Source: Acidobacteriota bacterium
Lineage (GTDB): Bacteria > Acidobacteriota > Vicinamibacteria > Vicinamibacterales > 2-12-FULL-66-21
Assembly: GCA_003222675.1 (NCBI GenBank)
Contig: QHWT01000068.1
Coordinates: 7,969-71,968 of the forward strand
DNA: 64,000 nucleotides
Direction: 5' to 3'
The notes under the pieces: model-generated
What the model was told of the DNA's origin: nothing
Databases searched by the model: none
Seen by the model: the letters and a program-made list of their open reading frames with translations, nothing else
Shown here: piece by piece, positions 58,283 through 64,000 of the stretch
How the letters are laid out: the number at the start of each line of letters is the position of its first letter
Position numbering within the stretch: position 1 is the stretch's first letter
Position numbers and translations under genes: made by a program

Positions 58283-58621
58283 ATGAACTTGCGTATCAAG
58301 GGACAGCTGAGCGCCGAAGAGGATCTGACCATTGACGGCAGCTTCGAAGGCGCGATCGATCTCCGTGGTCATCACCTCACGACCGGCGCGCGATCGGACG
58401 TCAAGGCGCGCGTCTCGGCACGCGCCGTGACGGTCCTCGGACGCCTCGAGGGTCACATCACCGCTGATGCGATCGATATCCGACCGACGGCGGTCGTCGA
58501 GGCGAGCCTTGTGACCAGGCAGTTCGCACTCGAAGAGGGCGGCCGATTCAATGGCCAGGTGAACACCGAACGCGCCCGCGCCGCCGGCGATGTCCTGCGT
58601 CACCGCGCCGCGCAGCAATAA
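58283..58621 (+). CDS. bactofilin (polymer-forming cytoskeletal protein)
   Basis: IKGQLSAEEDLTIDGSFEG.I, V.A..VTV.G..EG.I.A, LEEGGRFNG. Confidence 0.88.
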   Translation: MNLRIKGQLSAEEDLTIDGSFEGAIDLRGHHLTTGARSDVKARVSARAVTVLGRLEGHITADAIDIRPTAVVEASLVTRQFALEEGGRFNGQVNTERARAAGDVLRHRAAQQ

Positions 58622-58706
58622 AGCCCTCTGAGCTGATCTACCTCAGAGGCCACGGCGCGTGGCCTCTCGTGCAACCTCCGGCCATCCTTCTCCGTAATTG
58701 CAATTC

Positions 58707-61160
58707 ATGCTCCGCGACCTCCGGTTCGCCCTGCACCTCATCGCCCGGGAACGTTGGTATTCCGCAGTGGCCATCGTCGCCCTCGCGCTGGGGATCGGCG
58801 TCAACGCGACGGTGTTCACGCTCGTCAACGCGGTCCTGATTCGCGGCCTCCCCTTCAGCGATTCCGCGCACTTGTACATGCTGACCCCGCAGCGGCAACA
58901 GGGCGGCGGCGTGGGCGTGTCATTTCCCGAGCTCGAAGATTGGCGCGCCCAGGCTCCGTCCTTTGTGGCTATAGGCGCGTTCTCCCCGGACAACCTGAAC
59001 CTCAGCGACGACTACACGGCGCCGCAGCAGGCGCGCGGCGTCCTCATCACCGCGAACACGTTTGGACTCCTCGGCCAGCAGCCGCTCATCGGCCGCGACT
59101 TCGCCCCGGGTGAGGATCGCAAGGGCGCGGAGAGCGTGGTCATCCTTGGATACACGTTGTGGAAGACGCGGTACAACGGCGACCCTGGCGTGCTCGGGCG
59201 ATCGCTGCGCATCGATGGCAGGGCTGCGACGATTGTCGGAGTAATGCCCGAAGGGATGCAATTTCCCTCGAGCGGAGAGCTGTGGGTTCCGGCGGTGCCA
59301 ACCACTGAACAGGAAGTGCGCGGCGCGCGATTCCTGCAGGTGTTCGGCAGGCTGCGGAAGGATGCCACGCGCGCGAGAGCGCAGACGGAAATGAACGCGA
59401 TTGGATCACGCCTGGCGGCGGCCTACCCCGAAACGAACAAGGAGTTTCCGATCGTCAACGTCGAGACGTTCAATGAGCGCTTCAACGGCGGGCGGATTCG
59501 AACCGTGTTCCTCTCGATGATGGGCGCGGTGGGCTTTGTGCTGCTCATCGCGTGCGCGAACGTCGCCAACCTTCTCTTGTCCCGGTCCGTGCACCGCTCC
59601 CGCGAGATTGCCGTGCGCATCGCGCTCGGTGCCACCAGGTGGCGTGTCGTCCGACAGTTGCTCATCGAGAGCGTCGTGCTCGGGTTCATGGGCGGTGCAA
59701 TCGGTCTGGGGCTTGCGGTCATCGGCGTGCGGCTCTTCGACAACGCGGTGGCAAACACCGGCAAGCCGTATTGGATCATTTTTTCGTTCGATCCAATCGT
59801 GTTCGCGTACCTTGCCGGCATCTGCGTGGTGACCGGCGTCCTGTTCGGCCTCGCGCCGGCGCTCCAGGTAACGAAGACGAACGTGAACGAAGTATTGAAA
59901 GAAGGAGGCCGCGGCAATGCGGGCGGCCGTCGCGGGCGGTGGCTGACGAGCACGATGGTCGTGATGGAGCTCGCGCTGACGCTCGTGCTGCTGGTCGGCG
60001 CCGGCCTGATGGTGCGCAGCTTCCTGAAGCTTTACACGCTCGACCTGGGCATCCGCACCGGGAACCTCATGACAATGAGGATGGAGCTGCCGGAATCGAA
60101 GTACAAGTCGATGGAGACGCGCCGCGCGTTTTACGATCGCCTCGCGCCGCGCCTTGCGGCGATTCCCGGCATCGACGCGATCGCGCTGACCACCAGCGTC
60201 CCCCCGTTCGGATCCTGGCGCCGCGGAATCGAAATTGAAGGCCGGCCCGTTCTCAAGCCGGAAGACAGGGCGCCAGAGGTGGCGGTCGTCACGATCAGTC
60301 CCGCGTTCTTCGATACTGTCGGCGTGCAGCTGCGCCGCGGCCGTGTCTTCCGCGACACCGATGGCGCCGCGGGATCCGAAACGATCATCATCAACGATCG
60401 TCTCGCGTCACAGTTCTTTCCGGGCGAAGATCCGATCGGCCGCCGCATTCGCTTCGCAGCGGATCAACGCGGACCAGGACAACGGCCACCAGGCGGCACG
60501 GCGCCTCCGGTCGAAATGTGGCGCACGGTCGTCGGTATTACTCCGACCATCCGTCACTCGAATCCGCAGGACGCCGATCCCGCCGCGGCCCTCTATGTGC
60601 CGTATCGCCAGGATCCGCCGACAGGCGTTACGCTCGTCGTGCGCAGCCGGCTCGAACCGGGCTCAGTGATGAACGCGGTCCGGCGCGAAGTGCAGGCGAT
60701 CGATCAGGATCAGCCGGTCTTCACCGTGCAGACGATGGATCAGATGCTCGCGCAGGCGATGTGGCCGTACCGCGTGTTCGGCAGCCTCTTTGCGCTCTTC
60801 GCGGTGATCGCGCTCGTGATGTCGTCGGTCGGTCTCTACGCGGTGATGGCGTACTCCGTCACGCAGCGCACGATGGAGATCGGCATGCGGATGGCGCTAG
60901 GCGCGGAAGGGCGCCAGGTGTCGTGGCTCATTCTACGGCGCGGCCTGTGGCAGCTCGCGCTCGGCCTCGGGATCGGGCTCGCCGGCGCGTTCGGTCTCAG
61001 CCGCGTGCTGCGCGGAGTCCTGGTGCAGACGACCCCGACCGATCCCGCCACGTTCGCGACGATTACCGTCATCCTGACGTCAGTCGCCATCGCCGCGTGC
61101 GTGCTGCCCGCCCGTCGCGCGACGCGCGTCGACCCTCTCATCGCGCTGCGATCCGAGTAG
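58707..61160 (+). CDS. ADOP-family duplicated ABC transporter permease
   Basis: DLRFAL, LALGIGVNATVF, LLIACANVANLLL, REIAVRIALGA, GLYAVMAY, LPARRATRVDPLIALR. Confidence 0.92.
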   Translation: MLRDLRFALHLIARERWYSAVAIVALALGIGVNATVFTLVNAVLIRGLPFSDSAHLYMLTPQRQQGGGVGVSFPELEDWRAQAPSFVAIGAFSPDNLNLSDDYTAPQQARGVLITANTFGLLGQQPLIGRDFAPGEDRKGAESVVILGYTLWKTRYNGDPGVLGRSLRIDGRAATIVGVMPEGMQFPSSGELWVPAVPTTEQEVRGARFLQVFGRLRKDATRARAQTEMNAIGSRLAAAYPETNKEFPIVNVETFNERFNGGRIRTVFLSMMGAVGFVLLIACANVANLLLSRSVHRSREIAVRIALGATRWRVVRQLLIESVVLGFMGGAIGLGLAVIGVRLFDNAVANTGKPYWIIFSFDPIVFAYLAGICVVTGVLFGLAPALQVTKTNVNEVLKEGGRGNAGGRRGRWLTSTMVVMELALTLVLLVGAGLMVRSFLKLYTLDLGIRTGNLMTMRMELPESKYKSMETRRAFYDRLAPRLAAIPGIDAIALTTSVPPFGSWRRGIEIEGRPVLKPEDRAPEVAVVTISPAFFDTVGVQLRRGRVFRDTDGAAGSETIIINDRLASQFFPGEDPIGRRIRFAADQRGPGQRPPGGTAPPVEMWRTVVGITPTIRHSNPQDADPAAALYVPYRQDPPTGVTLVVRSRLEPGSVMNAVRREVQAIDQDQPVFTVQTMDQMLAQAMWPYRVFGSLFALFAVIALVMSSVGLYAVMAYSVTQRTMEIGMRMALGAEGRQVSWLILRRGLWQLALGLGIGLAGAFGLSRVLRGVLVQTTPTDPATFATITVILTSVAIAACVLPARRATRVDPLIALRSE

Positions 61161-61250
61161 GCCGGGTCGTCAGACTCGGCGCCTCTCCCGGCGTCGATCT
61201 TCCGCGTTTGTTTCTCTGGTGATATCGTTCGCGCGTCACCGGAGGCCGCG

Positions 61251-61445
61251 ATGCAGACGAGGGGGGACTCGGCGGATCGTGAGAAACAGCGCGAGCAGCT
61301 CTACGCCCTCCGGATGCTGCTGGAGGAGGCGCTGCACGACTCGAACGAGCTGCATCACCGCATTCGCGAGATCCAGCTGCGCGTCGCGCAACTCAGCGCG
61401 TGGGTGGAACGGGGCGATCTGGGAGGATTCGCGAACGTGCGGTAG
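61251..61445 (+). CDS. small coiled-coil hypothetical protein
   Basis: GGAGG RBS; heptad Leu pattern. Confidence 0.5.
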   Translation: MQTRGDSADREKQREQLYALRMLLEEALHDSNELHHRIREIQLRVAQLSAWVERGDLGGFANVR

Positions 61446-61554
61446 TCGGAGGTCGGTTGTCGGTTGTCGGTTGCCGGAGATCGGTTGTCAGTCAGAGGAA
61501 CCTGGAACCTCGAACCTCGGACCTCGAACCTCGGCCCTCGGCCCTCGGCAAATC

Positions 61555-61926
61555 TCAGCCCGCGCGCATCGCGCGCATGCCAAAACTGCGAATCGCCTGC
61601 TCTTCCTCGTCGAAGATTTCCAGCACGGAATCGAGCTGCGTGATGTGCAGGACCCGGCGCGACGGCGCGCTCGGGTGCAGAATCTTCAGTTGCCCGCCGC
61701 GCCTTCCCAGGTGCAGGTACATTTCGACAAGCGACCCGATGCCGCCGCTGTCCACGTATGTGACGCGGGAGAGATCGACGATCAACCGCCGGCCGCCGGC
61801 CGCGACGAAGGCCTTCACCTGGTCGCGAAAGAGACGGTCCCCTTCGTCGAAGACCAGGTGTCCACTGAGCTCGAATACCGCAATTCCGGCGGCGACGCGC
61901 TGCGCGATCTGCAGAGGCGCTGACAT
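61555..61926 (-). CDS. STAS-domain anti-sigma factor antagonist
   Basis: LSG.L, IVDLSRVTYVDSGGIGSL, VLHITQL..V.EIF..E..A; GGGGAGG RBS. Confidence 0.9.
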   Translation of the reverse strand: MSAPLQIAQRVAAGIAVFELSGHLVFDEGDRLFRDQVKAFVAAGGRRLIVDLSRVTYVDSGGIGSLVEMYLHLGRRGGQLKILHPSAPSRRVLHITQLDSVLEIFDEEEQAIRSFGMRAMRAG

Positions 61927-62147
61927 TCGCACCTCCCCGTGGGCATGTTCGCAGGTGCTCACGATGGGAATGTTGGAGTATACGCCACTCGGACTCGAGG
62001 GCAAGGTGCATCGCGCGTGCGTCACTGGATCTGCAGATTAAAGCCATCCCGCGAGCAGACGTGCGCGTCGACTCTCACGACATCTGAGGGCAAACGCCCG
62101 CAAAATTGCGCGAGCGCAGTGGCCGGTTTTTTGCGGGCCCCTGTCGT

Positions 62148-62306
62148 ATGACTCTCGAGGCCGCGATCGGACGTGCGCTGGCCGTCTCGATCCATCCGGT
62201 GCTCGCGTGGCGTACGCTTCGTCCATCCGGCCGCGTCGCGATCGTCGTCGGATATTTCGGCGCTGCCTACCTCAGCGTGCTCACTGCGCTGTTCGCGCTT
62301 CGGTAA
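62148..62306 (+). CDS. small membrane protein
   Basis: 52 aa, HP..AWR motif plus C-terminal TM helix. Confidence 0.45.
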   Translation: MTLEAAIGRALAVSIHPVLAWRTLRPSGRVAIVVGYFGAAYLSVLTALFALR

Positions 62307-62538
62307 TCCTTGACTTGCGCAGCGGCCAGGCGCATGCTGGCGCCGTTCGCCTTCCGTCAGGAGGCTACGTGGACACGCCACCGGACTGAGAATGGCTCGC
62401 GAGGTTCTGCCGCACCTGCGCCGCGCGGCTTCCGGATAATTCATCCGGCGCACACGGTTCCAACCAATCTGGCGACAGAACCTCGCGCAAGCCTCTTCAC
62501 CTCTTCCTCGATCAACATCCCGGTATTCAACATTCATC

Positions 62539-63255
62539 ATGTCGAAACGATCGTCAGCGAAGCGGACCAGGGCGCGCACGAGCGTCAAGAGATCGACACG
62601 ACGGACAGCCGTGAAACGATCGAGCGCGAAGCGGACGCCCGCCAAGCGCACGACACCGAAGCGCAAAACGACCGCGCGCGCACCGGCCCGGCAATCGTCG
62701 AAGAAGCCACCAACGAAGAAATCGCCATCGATGATCTCGTCGGCCGCGACCTCGGTCCGCGGCGCAATGGCGGGTGCGGCCGCCATCGTCACGAAACGAT
62801 TCCCCGGCGACACCGATGCGCTCGCGCTGCTCGAGCGCGATCATCGCCGGTTCGAAGATCTCCTGAAGCAGGGCGAGGACACGAGCGAACGCGCCGTGCA
62901 GGGGCGTACGGCGCTGCTCGACACGATGACCGCCGAACTCACCATGCACGAGATGATCGAAGAACGGGTGCTCTACCCTGCGCTCAAGGCGCATCCGCAA
63001 GGCAAGGATCTCGCGCTCGAAGGGTACCAGGAACATCACGTCGCGGATCTGTTGATCAAGGAGCTCCACGATCTGCCGAAGGACGATGAGCGGTGGGGCG
63101 CGAAGTTCAAGGTATTGAAGGAAAACCTCGACCACCACATCGGTGAGGAAGAGGGACCGATGTTCCGCACTGCGCGGGGACTCTTCCGCCGCGAAGAGCT
63201 GCAGGCGCTCGGCGCGCAGATGATGAAGATGAAGGCTCAGGCCGAGAACAAGTAG
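62539..63255 (+). CDS. hemerythrin/HHE cation-binding protein with Lys/Arg-rich N-terminal tail
   Basis: LLERDH, H..IEE..LYP, EHH, HHI.EEE..MF; first ~63 aa rich in K/R/S/T/A. Confidence 0.85.
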   Translation: MSKRSSAKRTRARTSVKRSTRRTAVKRSSAKRTPAKRTTPKRKTTARAPARQSSKKPPTKKSPSMISSAATSVRGAMAGAAAIVTKRFPGDTDALALLERDHRRFEDLLKQGEDTSERAVQGRTALLDTMTAELTMHEMIEERVLYPALKAHPQGKDLALEGYQEHHVADLLIKELHDLPKDDERWGAKFKVLKENLDHHIGEEEGPMFRTARGLFRREELQALGAQMMKMKAQAENK

Positions 63256-63367
63256 GTCCGCTCAGGACTCACAGCGCACGGCTTACGGCCCATGGCTCAG
63301 GCTGGGTTCATGCCATGAACCCAGGTTCATGCCAGGAACCCAGGTTCATGCCATTCGAGGATTGCAG

Positions 63368-63880
63368 ATGAAGCTGACTGACCTGTTCCTGGGTGAGCTC
63401 GAACGTGAAGCGCCGCTCACGCGGCGCGCCCTCGAGCGCGTGCCGGAAGCGCGCGACGACTGGAAGCCGCACGCGAAATCAATGCCGCTCGGACGCCTCG
63501 CGGCGCTCGTCGCGACGATGCCGGCGTGGCTCTCCATGATCATCGACAAGGACGACTTCGACCTGAATCCACCCGCCGGATCGTCATCGTCTTTTCAACG
63601 CCAGTTCCGCACGAACAAGGAACTCGTGCAGGCGGTCGACGAGGCGTTCGCCGGCGCACGCACCGCGTTTCAGCGCACGAGCGACGAGCACCTGATGAAA
63701 CCGTGGCGACTGCTCGTCGCCGGCAAGGTCGTGGCGGAGCAGCCGCGACATGTGATGCTGCGCGAGTCGATCAATCACCTCGCGCATCACCGCGGTCAGT
63801 TGACGGTGTACCTGCGCCTGAACGACGTGCCCGTTCCCTCGATTTACGGTCCCACCGCCGATGATGCGCGTTTCGGGTAA
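63368..63880 (+). CDS. DinB/YfiT family metal-binding protein
   Basis: E.E...TRR.LERVP, WKPH.KSM.LG.LA, NHLAHHRGQLTVYLR, VPSIYGP. Confidence 0.88.
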   Translation: MKLTDLFLGELEREAPLTRRALERVPEARDDWKPHAKSMPLGRLAALVATMPAWLSMIIDKDDFDLNPPAGSSSSFQRQFRTNKELVQAVDEAFAGARTAFQRTSDEHLMKPWRLLVAGKVVAEQPRHVMLRESINHLAHHRGQLTVYLRLNDVPVPSIYGPTADDARFG

Positions 63881-63895
63881 GACCGCGCGCTGTTG

Positions 63896-64000
63896 GGGCC
63901 ACGGAGACCCGATCTACTCAGAGGTCACGGAGGCCACGGAGTCATTTACTTAACTGAGATTTCTCCGTGGCCTCCGTGGCCTCTTAGTAAGAGTCTCCGC
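63896..64000. repeat. palindromic intergenic repeat (GAGGCCACGGAG/CTCCGTGGCCTC family)
   Basis: Inverted arms of CCACGGAG/CTCCGTGG units; related copies at 58640-58670 and at 46895-46982 plus 50544-50560. Confidence 0.75.

Noticed and set aside
57922-58332. Pro/Arg-rich N-terminal extension of the VirJ-like ORF
   Set aside because: Translation of the G-rich heptamer array; a signal peptide starts at ATG 57921

Overview
GC-rich bacterial chromosome segment. The gene content (three ADOP/MacB-type duplicated ABC permeases, a Ser/Thr kinase-TPR protein, giant secreted Ig/beta-helix proteins, heptamer intergenic repeats) suggests an Acidobacteriota, probably Vicinamibacterales-like, genome; this is inference only. 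Backbone: gluQ, a reductive pyrimidine-catabolism cluster (minimal preA, nitrilase-type ureidopropionase, dihydropyrimidinase, NCS1 transporter), two giant secreted proteins, RRM protein, FKBP, PHP, GSDH, LysR, TauE, SWIM-SNF2 helicase, APC permease, sensor kinase, mprF between two AcvB/VirJ hydrolases, bactofilin, STAS, hemerythrin-like and DinB-family genes. Two mobile elements can be delimited to the base. (1) A group II intron on the minus strand (33207-35123) whose EBS1 matches its target, a site that looks like an IS terminal repeat. (2) A 3561-bp IS1-family cargo transposon (46983-50543) with 26-bp TIRs and an 8-bp target duplication, inserted in a genomic palindromic repeat. It carries a DinD/Bro-like gene, an uncharacterised HTH-like gene, small ORFs and a small basic KGG-motif gene. 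The same 17-bp palindromic site sits in the transposase promoter spacer and over the start of the small basic gene. This is the best candidate for an undescribed regulatory/cargo system. No rRNA, tRNA or CRISPR array was seen. All family assignments are by motif recognition, with no database searches.
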